Origin: Centroscyllium fabricii
Taxonomy: Eukaryota
Reading direction: 5' to 3'
Assembly: GCA_051313645.2 (NCBI GenBank)
Contig: JBNRSN020000006.1
Location: 282,906,001 to 282,970,000 of the forward strand
DNA: 64,000 nt
Part shown: in pieces, positions 25,056-37,895 of the stretch
Layout of the letters: every line of letters starts with the position of its first letter
Numbering within the stretch: position 1 is the first letter of the stretch
Program-made: the position numbers and the translations under genes
The notes under the pieces: generated by a model
What the model saw: the letters and a program-made list of their open reading frames with translations, nothing else
Told to the model about the DNA's origin: nothing
Databases searched by the model: none

Positions 25056-26305
25056 TCACGCTGGTTGACGGGCTTCTGCAGGATGTTCGTTTGCGGCCTC
25101 CTCGGCCTCGTCCTCCTCCTCGTCCTTATCATCATCAGCTGAGGAGGGTATGCGAGGAGCCAGTTGGTCGTCAGGCATCTGCAAGCCATGACGCTGTGCC
25201 ATGTTGTGCAGTGCACAGCAGACCACGACCATTCTGGAGACCCTGTCTGCTGAGTACTGGAGGCCTCCACCTGATCTATCCAGGCATCTGAAGCGCATCT
25301 TCAGCAACCAATGGTTTGCTCTATAATGCATCTGATGGAAATGTGGCTGGAGTTGTAGCGCGCCTCAGCCTCATTGGCTGGCCTCCTGAACGGCGTCATT
25401 AGCCAAGTCCTCAGGGGATAGCCCTTGTCTCCAAGTAGCCATCCCTCAAGTTCATGTGGTGGGCTGAAGAGCATAGGCACAGTAGATTGGCGCAGAATGA
25501 AGGAGTCATGGCAACTGCCAGGGTACTTGGCACAAACATGCAAAATCTCCTTCTTGTGGTCACACACCAGCTGAACATTGAGGGAGTGGAAGCCCTTGTG
25601 GTTGACAAAAGCCCCTGGGTTGGCATGGGGTGCCTTAAGGGCCACATGTGTGCAGTCAATGACGCCCTGCACCCTTGAAAAGCCTGCCAGACGAGCTAAG
25701 CCAATTGCTCGCGCCCTCACACTTGTGCGATCCCTGGGGAAATGAATGTGATTGTGCGCGAGGGCAAAGAGGGCATCAGTTACCTGCGTGATGCAAGTGT
25801 GCGCGGCCGACTGGGAAATGCCGCTGATGTCTGCTGCTGATCCCTGGAATGAGCCCGAGGCAAAAAGGTTGAGTGCGGTGGTGACTTTGATGGCCACGGG
25901 TAAGGAGTGTCCAACTGCTGCTTTGGGCTCCAGGGCTTGCTGCAGCATTGCGCAGATGTCAGTCACTACCTGTCGTGAAAGTCACAGCTGCCTTCGGCAC
26001 TGCCGCTCAGTCATATTGAGATAGTTAACCCTGCGTCTGTAGACCATGTTTGGGGGGTATCTCCTGCGCCGACGGGCTTCCAAGCGCTCTCCCCTTCTGG
26101 CCTGTGCTACCTCCGGAGGGTGAGCAGGAGCCTGTCGCTGCTGGTTCTGCTGCTGCTGGTGGATCTGCTGCTGTTGTTGTATCTGCTGCTGCCACCTCCA
26201 CTGCTGGAGATCCTCTAATGCCAGGAAGGGAAGGGAAGGAAAAAAAGCCTCCCATGCTTCTGGTGCCTGCCTCTGCTGAGGTAGCACTGACTGAGGGAGT
26301 AGCAC
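25056..26305 (-). pseudogene. Harbinger (HARBI1-family) DDE transposase pseudogene
   Basis: [61 protein letters not shown]; in-frame stop at 25982-25984 and a frameshift near 25305. Confidence 0.92.
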
Positions 26306-26962
26306 TGAGTGAGGGTGGACAGAGGGCTTTCCCAGGAGGTCACACTGCAGAAGTGTGTGGGGCTGGAGCCTTCCGAGGGACTGGTGAAGCCTGGAACAAG
26401 TTGCCCCAGGCTTGAGAGTGAATGTCCTACCAGCTGCCGATGAAGGCAGCTTAAATGTGGATCATAATGATGGACCTGCTGCTGATAATCAGGTAGCCGA
26501 TTATGTTCCCGCCAGGTTTCACCGGCGGGGTTTCAGGATGGCGGGTTTTGGGTGGGAAATGCTTTAAAATAGCTGGGGGGGCCTTAAAATAGGATTATCC
26601 ATAGCAATTAAAGGCCCTTAATGAGGATTACGAGCATTCCCGCCAGTGGCGGGTGGGAAAGATTCGTGCCGGTTAGACACGCCGGCCGAAAATTGCAAAG
26701 CAGCGGGAATCCGGCGGGAGGGGTCGGGACCCCCCTGTTTTGCGTTTAAGCCCCGCCCCGCTGGAAACCCACGCTCGCAGCCCTCCGAAAATCACCCCTA
26801 CATTTTAATAGGCTTTCTCTAGCTAAAATGGATTGATGATATAATTATGCTAGCTGAATGTATTTACTACCATTTATAGAAACTGTGCAATCGCTCTCCC
26901 CAAACAGTGTATAATTATTCAGTATTGATGGGATAATGTTTGCAGGATCTCCATAATTTAAG

Positions 26963-27761
26963 GGGGGGGATTTTCCTGGAGGTGCAGGAACCTGTCCCGC
27001 CTGCCCAAGGGCCTGGAAAGCCAACGCTATTTTCCTTTAATTGTTCGATTAAATCCCTGCGTGCGGGGTGCCCCTGGTAATTGCCTCAGTCCAGTCGGCA
27101 ATTACGGAGCTCAAGCAGGATTCTAGGAGGTTGTCAGACAGCTGCGGGGACTGTGTGTTTACAGATCCCATGGAAACACTCCACTGTGACATCACAGTGG
27201 AGTGCAACCAATGGGAAAGGCCAAGTGCTCTGAGTGACAGGTGGGCGGGCGGGCTGCAAATCTTTGACAGCTAGGGACCGGCTGTCAATGGAGCTGGCAT
27301 GGTAAGATTTTTAAGTTTTTCCCCCACAGCTGGTCTTCACCCAAGGGAGTCACTTACACCTCCAGGGTGTTGAAGGCCTGGGAAGCATTTTGCTCTAGGT
27401 CCTTCAACACCTTGAAGGAGAAAGTTAGCAAGACCACTGCGCTCCCGCTGGGTTTCACCAGCGGGGTTTTAGGATGGCGGGGTTTGGGTGGGAAGGGGTT
27501 GAAAATTGCTAAGGGCCCTTAAAATGGCATTACAGATGCCAATTAAGGGCCCTTAATGAACATAACAACCATCCCCGCCGGCGGGAAAGATTCGGGGCGG
27601 GCAGACAGGACATCGAAAAATGGAAAAGCGGCGGGGATCCGGGGGGCAGGGTGGGGGGGGGGGGGGGAGAGAGTGGGTGCGGGTCAGGACCCACCATTTC
27701 TGCTATTTTGCCGTCCGACCCACCCAAAACCCCGCCTCACGGCAACATGAAAATTTTGCCC
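26963..27761. mobile_element. Non-autonomous Harbinger derivative
   Basis: GGGGGGGATTTTC / GAAAATTTTGCCC termini, TAA TSD, subterminal sequence shared with 26500-26798. Confidence 0.75.
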
Positions 27762-28894
27762 TAAGTTTCTGGTCTCAGCTGAGCAATCAAGGGAATCAGC
27801 AAGCTGAGGACACGTACATGCTACATCGAAGAGGTGAAACGTGGAGGGAAAGGCCCAAGGTTTCCTTGTGGGGCCCAGAAAAATATTCCTGCTGCTCTCA
27901 GCCCATAAGGAAACCAAAAAAAAACCCTTACTGTTCAGGACCTCTTCTGGAACCTCGCCTGCTCGCTGCCAGAGTCCACTGGTCGGTCCGGTACTGTGTG
28001 TGGCTGCCACAATCTGCAGTTAAAATCACATTGGGGTTCTAATTGAGTCATAGGAATCCAACATTTAAATAATAATGAGGTTCCTGCCTGCCTGCCTGCA
28101 GGAGCGCGTCTGAACAGAGAGGAAAGTGTGCGACCATTTTAACCAGCTCATTCAAATCAGGCGGGCAGGGTTAAAATCAACCCTTTAATTTTTATGTGTA
28201 AAAGGAAGCAGGTAGCTGCATGCCTGTACATTCAGAATCAGCAGTGTTACCAGCCCAAATCTGATCAATCTGCAGACTACATAAATTAGAGTCAAAGTCA
28301 ATAATGTTATCATACATACTTTCTTTTCCCCAGAGCTAAATAATACAGAACTTCAAACTGTGATAACTATTGACTTGTTATATGAAACAGAGGACTTTTT
28401 CTAGACTCTAAACCAATATCGGCATTGATTGGTATTTGATTAGAGGAGAAAATGTCCTTACTTTTCCAATTACCTAAGCCAGCATCTCAGTGTATGTCCT
28501 CAGAGACCACAGCTTCACTCGGGCACAGTCTGTCTAGACAGTATTCATGATCCATCTGTCTCGCACAGCCAGGATGATGACAAACACTATTAGAATTCAA
28601 AGACTTTCAATGTGCAAGTCAGAAATCCCACTCTGAAAATTACTACCATTGTTAAAGCTCTTAAAATAGCATCATCCATTTCATTAACATCTGCACCAGA
28701 CTACTAAATATTTAATGAACTTGATAAATTTCACCTCCACTGAAGCTGCCGCATGTTAAAGCAGAATCCAACCAAACTTATTCAGCTGGCTCGCTTTCAT
28801 TTTTCAAAACCAATCAGACCCTGGTGTTGGGAGGAATAAGCAATTGAGAAAATATTAACTTCTTTTGGTTTTCTTTAATACCATGTAAAGAAAA

Positions 28895-29315
28895 AAATTG
28901 CATTTATATTGCGCCTTTCACAACATCAGGACATCCCAAAGCGCTTCACTGTCAATTAAGTACTTTTGAAGTGTAGTCACTGTTGTAATGTAGGAAACAG
29001 CAGCCAATTGTCAACCAGCAAGATCCCACAAACAGCAATGTGATAATGACTAGTTTTTAGTTATGTTGATTGAGGGATAAATATTGGCCAGGACACCGGG
29101 GAGAACTCCCCAGCTCTTCTTTGAAAAGTGCCGTGAGATCTTTTATGTCCACCTGAGGGGGCCTCAGTTTAACGTCTCATCTGAAAGACCGCATCTCCAA
29201 CCGTGCAACACTCCCTCAATACTGCACTCAATTATTAGCCGTGATTATATCCTCAAGTCATTGGAGTGGGGCTTGAATCTACAACCTTCTGACTCAGAAG
29301 CGAGAATGCTACCAT
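28895..29315 (-). mobile_element. Deu-domain SINE (SacSINE1-like), near full length
   Basis: tRNA head, Deu core and L2-type tail on the minus strand. Confidence 0.8.
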
Positions 29316-29954
29316 AATGGCCAAGTTTCTAAACATTTTATTTATTTAAAAAACTAAATCATACTATAGGAGAATTCTTAACCAGCACAACTGATAAAAT
29401 CTGTTGTACATTTGCCATTTTGTGGTCAGTTGGATGTCTGGCATAGACAGAAAGGTCACTCTGCTCGAGGCTGGCGTTATAACTGAAGCCAGTGCAAATT
29501 CAAACCAGTGTGAAAATGCCTCATGGTGGGATCTCACAACACTTGGTTTTAGTGTACAGTCTGGTGCCCTAGTTATACTGCCTCTTTCATAGTGTCCTAC
29601 TTCCAAACTACTTGGTACCACTATGAAAGTTGCAGAATAATTGGAGCATAAGAGTACTCAAACTGAACTAGAGAGATCCATGAGTTTTCTCTCGTCTGTT
29701 ATGGAGTATGCACACTCATCCGACTTAACAGAGCCCAGAAAATTTAGATACAGTTTGGCATCTAGATCATCCAAATGGCTTGCGTTATCACTAGAGGTTC
29801 TGCATAGGTCCTTTGACAATGCTTCATGAAGTCAGAGGTCAGTAATAAGAAACTCTGAAGGCTGGAACAATGGCTCCTGGAAGGTGCTACTTGGAAGCTA
29901 GGTATGCAAAGACATACTAACAACTACTCTACCAACTACTGCTGCAACTACGAT

Positions 29955-30087
29955 AGCAAAATACTGCGGATGCTGGAAATCCGAAATAACAACAGAAAAC
30001 GCTGGAGAAACTCAGCAGGCCAGGCAGCATTGGCGGAGAGAGAAACAGAGTTGACGTTTCAGGTCGATGACCTTTCTTCAGAACACG
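29955..30087 (-). mobile_element. Penelope pLTR fragment (second family)
   Basis: Common shark pLTR motif CAGAAAACGCTGGAGAAACTCAGCAGG..; flanked by direct repeat GCAACTACGA. Confidence 0.7.
30050..30084 (-). ncRNA. Minimal type I hammerhead ribozyme with GUC cleavage triplet
   Basis: Minus strand GTT-CTGAAGA-A-AGGTC-ATC-GACCT-GAAAC-GTC-AAC. Confidence 0.75.
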
Positions 30088-30112
30088 GCAACTACGACTG
30101 CAACTACAACTA

Positions 30113-30939
30113 CAGGTTGAGCACCATTAATCGAGCACAGGCGGGACCAGGCCCAAACGATTGAAGCGTCGGTGAGCGTATGCGCAGACAATTCAAAATG
30201 GCCACCACGAAAGGCTGGTGGCCATTTTGAGTGGTCTGCGCAAGCGCTTGTCGTTCGGGGAGGCCCGGCAAGGTTGGGCTCGGAGGCGCGAGGCTGTGCT
30301 CCGAGAGGCGAGGCTGGGCTGGGTTCGGAGAGGCTGGGCGGGGCTGGGCTCGGAGAGGCTGGGCGGGGCTGGGCTCAGAGGCTGGGCGGGGCTGGGCTCA
30401 GAGGCTGGGCGGGGCTGGGCTCAGAGGCTGGGCGGGGCTGGGCTCAGAGGCTGGGCTCGGAGAGGCTGGGCGGGGCTGGGCTCAGAGGCTGGGCGGGGCT
30501 GGGCTCAGAGGCTGGGCGGGGCTGGGCTCAGAGGCTGGGCGGGGCTGGGCTCAGAGGCTGGGCGGGGCTGGGCTCAGAGGCTGGGCGGGGCTGGGCTCAG
30601 AGGCTGGGCGGGGCTGGGCTCAGAGGCTGGGCGGGGCTGGGCTCAGAGGCTGGGCGGGGCTCAGAGGCTGGGCGGGGCTGGGCTCAGGGGCTGGGCTCCG
30701 AGGCTGGGCGGGGCTCGGAGAGGCTGGGCGGGGCTGGGCTCAAAGAGGCGAGTCTGGGCTTGGAGGGCCAGTGAATGATCTGCGCATGCGCTCACCATTT
30801 GGCGGCACATGCGCAGATCAGTCACCGAAGCATCAATCACGGCGGCCATTTTGCGCATGCGCGCCGCAGTCGGGGAAATTATTGCCGGACGTTTGAAGCT
30901 GCCGTTTTTTTGGGTTACGGATTAACGGTGCTCAACCTG
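30113..30939. mobile_element. Tigger4/Zombi-like MITE containing a minisatellite
   Basis: TIRs CAGGTTGAGCACC(A/G)TTAATC, TA flanks. Confidence 0.88.
30310..30760. repeat. 23-bp G-rich minisatellite
   Basis: Unit AGAGGCTGGGCGGGGCTGGGCTC; 23-aa periodicity in the ORF track. Confidence 0.95.
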
Positions 30940-30944
30940 TATTA

Positions 30945-31960
30945 CAATTTATATCACATCTTTAACATAGCAAAATGTCCCAAGACACTTCACAGGAGCG
31001 TTATCAAACAAAATTTAACATCGAGCCACATAAGGAGATATTAGGGCAGAAAGAGGTAGGTTTTAAGAAGCGTCTTAAAGGAGGAAAGAGAGGGAGCAAG
31101 ACAGAGGTGTTTAGGGAAGGAATTCCAGAGCTAAGGGCCTTGGCAGCTAAAGACACGGCCGCCAATGGTGGAGCGATTAAAATCGGGGATGCTCAAGGGG
31201 CTAGAAGGGAAAAGCGCAGATATCTCTGGGGGTTGTGGTGCTGGAGGAGATTACAGAGATAGGGAGGGGCGAGGCCATAGAGGAAACTGAAAACAAGGAT
31301 GAGAATTTTAAAATTGAGGCGTTGCTTAACCGGGAGCCACTTAGGTCAGCGAGCACAGGTGTGGTGGGTGAACAGGACTTGGTGGGAGTTGGGACACGGG
31401 CAGCAGAGTTTACGTCGGGTAGAACGTGGGAAGCCAGCCAGGAGTGATTTGGAATAGTCAAGTCGAGAGGTAACAGAGACATGGATGAGGGTTTCAGCAG
31501 CAAATGAGATGAGGCAGGGGTGGAGTCAGGCGGTGTTGTGGAGGTGGAAATAGGCGATCTTCGTGATGGCGCGAATATGTGGTCGGAAGCTCATCTCGGG
31601 GTCAAATATGATACTAAGGTTGCGAAGAACCTGGTTCAGCCTCAGGCAATTGCCAGGGAGAGGGATGGGGTTGGTGGCTGGGGAACGGAGTTTGTAGCGG
31701 GCCCAATATTTACTTTGAGGAATTTTCTAATCATCCAGTACGGGAGGGTCAGACAAGCAGTCTGACAATTTAAAGTCAGTAGAAAGGTCAAGCGAGGTGG
31801 TGGGGAGGTAGAGCTGGGTGTAGAAACTGACACTGTTTTCAGATTATGTCGCCGAGGGGCAGCATTTAGGTCAGAAATAGGAGGGGCCAAGGATAGATCC
31901 TTGGGGGACACCAGCGGTAAAGGTGCGGGAGCGGGAAGAGAAGCCATTGCAGATGATTCT
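30945..31960 (-). mobile_element. L2 LINE 3' fragment
   Basis: Degenerate GVPQGSILGP region and L2 RT C-terminus on the minus strand. Confidence 0.75.
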
Positions 31961-32026
31961 CAAATATCCAGGAACCCCTCACATAGCAAACCGATTTAAA
32001 AAGAGGGAGCCACCGTGAGAGACATT

Positions 32027-33577
32027 GGGGTAAATTTTCATGGTGCTCCGAGGCGGGTTTTCAGCGGGTCGGATCGCAAAATTGTTAAACCGGGGGGTCC
32101 CAACCTCCCCCCCGCCGGATCCCCGCAGCTTTGCCATTTCCCGCCGTCCTGTCTCCCCGCCCAGAATCTTTCCCGCTGGCGGGGATGGTCGTTAGGCTCA
32201 TTAAGGGCCCTTAATTGGCATCTGTAATGCCATTTTAAGGGCCCTTGGCAATTTTCAGACGTTCCCCACACAAACGCCGCCAGCTGAAACCTAGCGGGAA
32301 CACAATCGGATTACTGACTCTCAGCAGCAGCTCCATTATAAGGTCTGACATTGAACCTGCCATCATATGCAGGTGGCAGGACCTTATTTTTTCTGGCTTG
32401 TAGCAACATTTAGTAGTCCTAATCACATTTGTGGTAGGTTGGAGCATCACACACACCTCCAGTGTGAACTCCTGGGAAACTCCTCTCGGCACCTTCACGC
32501 AGCGCTTCCTCAGCGGAGGCATATGCCAGAAGCATGGAAGCCATTTAGGTTATGCCTTGCTGGGCATTAGATGAGCTCCCACACCAGCTGCGGCACCAGC
32601 AGTACCAGGAACAGCAGCAGCAGCAGGAGCGCCAGGCTGCTGCTCACCCACCCACTCCTGCATCTGTTCTTGGAGTTCCAGCACCGCTGATCTCATGGAT
32701 GGACCCAGAGGCAGAGGGTCGACATGCAGCTGAGCCAAGCTGGCAGAGTACTGCGCCCTCCGACTAGGACTCTCCACTGCTGTCCCTGTCTGGATACTTA
32801 GAAGGAGACAAAGATGGAGTGAGGTGGCAAGACCAAGGGCACTCCATATGTGTTGTCAGTTGTGTTCAAAGCATCAGAGTGATAGGGAGTGTGAGGGCTG
32901 CATGGTGGAATAGTTATGTGAATGTGAGCATGGAGGGGGGGGAATGGGTAAAGGTGCATGGATGTGAGTGTCAAGTGGGATGTGGAGGAAGAGATTGCTG
33001 AAGCTGCGTGCTGGTGAGGAAAGGCACTGGGGATCAGATTGAGGGTGATGGGAGTTCCATCCTCACTTTTCCAGTGTGCAGAAGGCCATGAAATCTCTTC
33101 CTGCACTGAATGCAGGTTCTGCGGGGTACTGATAATGAGTTGCCCTCCTCTGCCACCTGGATACACACAGCCTGCTGGGGAGACTTCTTCCTCCCTGAAG
33201 AAGGGAAGAGCACCTCTTTGAGCTCCTGCTCCCTCAAATGAAGCTTGCAGAGCCAGATCATCAAATCTGGAAGCAGACCTAGGTCTCTCGATGGTCATTC
33301 CGTCTCCAGGTCCCTCTGGCATGAAAGGGCAAAAGGTTGGCAGTCCGCAGCAGAAGCAAGGCTTGCTGTGGAACTGAAATGCACCAGCAACGATGACGTC
33401 ATATTGTGCGACTTTCTGACTGGAACTGGTCGATTTGGAAGGCTTCCCACACGCAGGGAATTAATTGGCCACTTAAGCCAAAATTGCATGGGGCTCCGCG
33501 GCACGTTAACATTCGGGTCAGAAACCTGACCTGCCCGAAACCCGACAATTTCTCGCACATCCGGGAAAATGTTGGCC
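32027..33577. mobile_element. Internally deleted Harbinger
   Basis: Termini GGGGTAAATTTT / AAAATGTTGGCC, ATT TSD; degenerate Myb exon on minus strand (RTCIQCRKRFHGLLHTGK) homologous to 23084-23347. Confidence 0.8.
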
Positions 33578-33604
33578 ATTGACTCATGCCTAAAACAAAT
33601 AAAG

Positions 33605-33997
33605 AACAAACTGGCATTTATAGAGCAGCTTTCATACCCACTGAATCTTCAGAAATGCTTCACAGCCAAATAAAGATACTTTTGAAGTGTGGTCACTGTT
33701 TTAATGAATGGAAACCTGTCAGCCAATTTTGCACACAGCAAGGTCCCACAAACAGCAATGAAGTAATGACCAGATAAACTGTTTCAGTAATGTTGGTTGA
33801 GGGAGAAATGTTGGCCAGGGCACCAGGAACATTCCCCAGCTCTTCTTCAAAAGTACCATTAGATCTTTTACGTTCACCTTAAAGGGCATATAGGGCCTCA
33901 GTTTAACATCTAATCCGAAAGATAGCAATTCCAACGTTGCAGCACTCCCTCAGTACTGCATTGATGTGTCAGTCTAGATTATGTGCTCAAGTCTCAG
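33605..33997 (-). mobile_element. Deu-domain SINE; its head continues at ~38498-38560 after a CR1 insertion
   Basis: Deu core on minus strand; sequence resumes TGAACCCACAACCTTCTG after the CR1 tail. Confidence 0.75.
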
Positions 33998-34313
33998 GCG
34001 TACATAAGGAAGCAGATTAAAGGGCAGGACCTCAAAGGTTGTAATCTCTGGATTACTCCCAGTGCCATGTGTTAGTGAGTATAGGAATAGAAGGATAGAG
34101 CAGCTTAATGCGTGGCTGAAGAGTTGGTGTAGGAGGGAGGGCTTTAGTTTCCTGGATCATTGGGACCGCTTCTGGGGAAGGTGGGACTTGTACAAGTCGG
34201 ACGGCTTGTACCTGAACCAGAATGGGACCAATATCCTTGCGGGGAGGTTTGCTGGTACTGTTGCGGGGGGTTTAAACTAACTAGGCAGGGGGATGGGATA
34301 CGGAGTGGTACTA

Positions 34314-35229
34314 CAGGTTGAGCACCGTTAATCCGGTAACCGAATAGCCGGCAGCTTCAGTCTGCCGGCACAAATTGCCCAGACTGCACTGCGCATGCGC
34401 AAAATGGCAGCCGCCATCGTGGCTTCAACGAATGATCTGCGCATGCGCCGAGCGCATGCGCAGATCATTCAAAACAGCTGCGGGTGTTTTGAATGATCTG
34501 CGCATGCGTCGCCGGAAGGTTAGCGCATGCGCAGATAATTCAATACGGCTGCCGGTTATTTTATCGATAACTGTAATTGAAGCCATGATGTGGAGGTGCT
34601 GGTGTTGGACTGGGATGGACAATTGTAAGAAGCCACACAGCACCAGGCTGTAGTCCAAAAGTCCCACACGAAATCACGGGCCTTCGGAGCGCCGCTCCCC
34701 CATCACCTGACGGGGAAGCGGCGCTCCGAAAGCCCGTGACCCCAACTAAAACCGTTGGACCACAGCCTGGCGCCGTGTGACCTCTTACAGAGCAAAACGG
34801 GATTGGATAAATTGCCCCCCCGCCGACCCGCGCCACCCTCCTTCCCCCCCCCCGCCCCCAACCCGCGCCTTCCTCCTCCTCCCCTCCTCCCCCCCCCCCC
34901 CGGACCCGCGCCTTCCTTCCCCCCCCCCCCCCGCGCCACGCCACGCCACCCTCCTGCCTCCCCCCGCAAGACCGGCCTTTCACTGCTGCCCGACAGCCCT
35001 AAAACCTAAACGGAACGCCACAAAAGCCTGAGCCCATCAAAAAACTTCGCGGCGGCCAATATTGGCCGATCTGCGCATGCGCGCGCCAGCCAATACCAAA
35101 TGTTGCGCGCATGCGCGCTGCCATTGTGACTGGTGCGCATGCGCAGTGTCCAAACTCGTTCTCCCGGTTTTTTCCATTTCCCGGCACGGGCCTGGTCCCG
35201 CCCGTGCCGGATTAACGGTGCTCAACCTG
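34314..35229. mobile_element. Tigger4/Zombi-like MITE with a Penelope foldback and C-rich interior
   Basis: Perfect TIRs CAGGTTGAGCACCGTTAATCCGG, TA flanks. Confidence 0.9.
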
Positions 35230-37568
35230 TATATTAGGGGGTGCATAGCCAAATAGAGAATAAAACAAGTCAGCTTGGAAGGCAGAGCAAATATGTAATG
35301 GCACGAGGGAGTACGGCAAGGCTGGATGGCATTTATTTGAATGCAAGGAGTCTTGCGAATAAGGTGGATGAGTGGAAGGTGTTGGTGAACACATGGGAGT
35401 ATGATATTGTTGCTATCACGGAGACATGGTTGAGCGAGGGGCAGGACTGGCAGTTCAACATTCCGGGTTATGGAATCTTCAGGCGAGACGGGTTGGGGGG
35501 GGGGGGGGGGGGGGGGGAGGGGTAAAAGAGGAGGGGGTGTCACAATATTAATTAAAGAGTCAATTACTGCTCTAAGGAGGGATGATATATTAACAGGTTC
35601 CTCTAATGGGGCCATATGGGTAGAACTTAAAAACAAAAAGGGGGCAAGCACTTTGCTGGGAGTGTACTATAGGCCCCCAAACAGTCAGGGGGAGATACAG
35701 GAACAGATATGTAGGCAAATCTCAGAGAAGTGTGGAAATAATAGGGTAATAGTATTAGTGGATTTCAACTTCCCCAATATTGACTGGGATAGTCAGAGTG
35801 TGAAAGGCTTAGAGGGTGCAGAATTCTTAAAGTGCATCCAGGAGAGCTTTTTGAGCCAGTATGTAGAGAGTCCTACAAGAGAGGGGGCGGTACTGGACCT
35901 AATTCTAGGGAATGTGGCCAGGCAAGTGGTAGAAGTGTTAGTAGGAGAGCACTTTGGTGATAATGACCATAATTCGGTGAGATTTAAGGTAGTCATGGAA
36001 AAGGAAAAAGTTGGACCGGAAATAAAAGTTCTAAATTGGGGGAAGGCCGATTTTAATATGAGGAGGCAGGATCTGGCTAAAGTGGACTGGGATCAGCTAC
36101 TTGCAGGAAAATCCACATCAGAGCAGTGGGAGTCTTTCAGAAAGGAAATGGAGAGAGTACAAGGGAAACACGTTCCTGTAAAGGTCAAGAGTGGGACCAC
36201 AAAGCCCAGGGAACCTTGGATGTCAAGGGATATACGAGAATTGATTAGGAAAAAAAGGGGGACTTTTGGCAGATACAAAGAACTGAAGACAGAGGAAGCC
36301 CTAGAGGAGTATAAAAAGTACAGGGTGCTACTTAAAAAAGAAATTAGGAGAGCGAGGAGGGGCCATGAAATAATACTGGCGAGCAAAATAAACGATAATC
36401 CTGAAAATGTTTTATAAGTATATGAAGGGCATGAGGATAACTAGGGAAAGAGTAGGGCCCATTAGGGACCAAAGTGGCAATCTCTGTGTAGCGGCAGAAG
36501 ATGTAGGTGGGGTTTTAAATGAATTTTTTACATCTGTGTTCACCTAAGCTTAGATATCAGGCAGGGGGACTGTGACACACTTGAACATATTACCATCGAG
36601 AGGGAGGAGGTACTAGCGGTTTTAGCAGGCTTAAAAGTGGATAAATCCCCAGGCCCAGACGAGATGTATCCCAGGCTGCTGTGTGAGGCAAAGGAAGAGA
36701 TTGCAGGGACTCTGACACAAATTTTCAGAACCTCTCATGCCACAGGGGATGTGCCAGAGGACTGGAGAACAGCTAATGTAGTACCATTATTCAAGAAGGG
36801 TAGTAGGGATAAACCAGGGAATTACAGGCCAGTGAGCCTAACATCAGTGGTAGGGAAATTATTGGAAAAAATTCTGAGGGACAGAATTAGTATTCACTTG
36901 GAGATGCAAGGATTAATCAAGGATAGTCAGCATGGCTTTGTCAAGGGAAGATCATGTCTGACCAACTTGATTGAATTTTTCGAGGGGGTGACTAGGTAGG
37001 CTTTTGATAAAGTCCCGCATAGGAGACTGGTCAAGAAAGTAAGAGCCCATGGGATCCAGGGCACCTTGGCACAGTGGATCCAAAACTGGCTTAGTGGCAG
37101 AAGGCAGAGGGTGATGGTCGAAGGTTGTTTTTGTGACTGGAAGCCTGTGTCCAGCGGGGTACGCAGGGATCAGTGCTGGGACCCTTGCTGTTTGTAGTCT
37201 ACATTAATGATTTGGATATGAATGTAAAAGGTATGATCAGTAAGTTCGCTGATGACATGAAAATTGATGGGGTGGTAGATAGCGAGGAGGGATGCCTCAG
37301 TCTGCAGGACGATATAGATGTGTTGGTCAGATGGGCGGAGCAGTGGCAAATGGAATTTAACCCTGAAAAGTGTGAGGTGATGCAATTTCGAAGGACTAAC
37401 AAGGCAAGGAAATACACAATGAATGGTAGGACTCTAGGAAAGACAGAGGATCAGAGGGACCTTGGTGTGCATGTACATAGATCCCTGAAGGCACAAGGAC
37501 AGGTAGATAAGGTGGTTAAAAAGGCATATGGGATAGTTGCCTTCATTAGCCGAGGCATAGAATATAAG

Positions 37569-37895
37569 CCATGATGTGGCTTACACGTGAAGATTTTTTT
37601 TTTTTTTAATCATTGTGGGTTTTCACACAGACACCAGACTGCAACATTTGACCCTTTGTGACTATACCTCATTGATCTCAGGCTGGTACCTGATTGATAT
37701 GTTAAAACACCTTTGTTTGCTTTGTATGTCTCTCTGCTGAGGAGTGATGTTGGGAAGATTACACTGCTCTCTCCCCACTATATATGCTGTGTTTAAATGA
37801 ATCTCTCTTAAACACCTGAGGAAGGAGCTATGCTCCGAAAGCTTGTGATTTCAAATAAAACTGTTGGACTATAACCTGGTGTTGTGTGACTTTTT
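37569..37895 (+). mobile_element. Penelope pLTR insertion with hammerhead (~37813-37848)
   Basis: 14-bp TSD GCATAGAATATAAG (37555-37568, 37896-37909); CAC-CTGAGGA-A-GGAGC-TAT-GCTCC-GAAAGCTT-GTG. Confidence 0.85.

Larger units (their letters stand above)
22595..26798. mobile_element. PIF/Harbinger transposon, two-gene (autonomous-type), decayed
   Basis: Termini GGGGGGATTTTC / GAAAATCACCCC; convergent Myb/SANT gene (+) and DDE transposase (-); TSD not clean. Confidence 0.85.

Noticed and set aside
25301-25966. Host HARBI1 gene
   Set aside because: Has a nonsense codon and frameshift and lies with a Myb partner between transposon termini
29368-29901. Exon-like unique segment (AG...GT on plus) with short ORFs on both strands
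   Set aside because: Stops interrupt the frames I checked and no peptide is recognisable; cannot be supported without RNA data
30172-30896. Gly/Ala-rich ORFs; GGGCT pentamers resembling an Ig switch region
   Set aside because: 23-bp minisatellite inside a MITE; no Ig segments nearby and GAGCT motifs are absent
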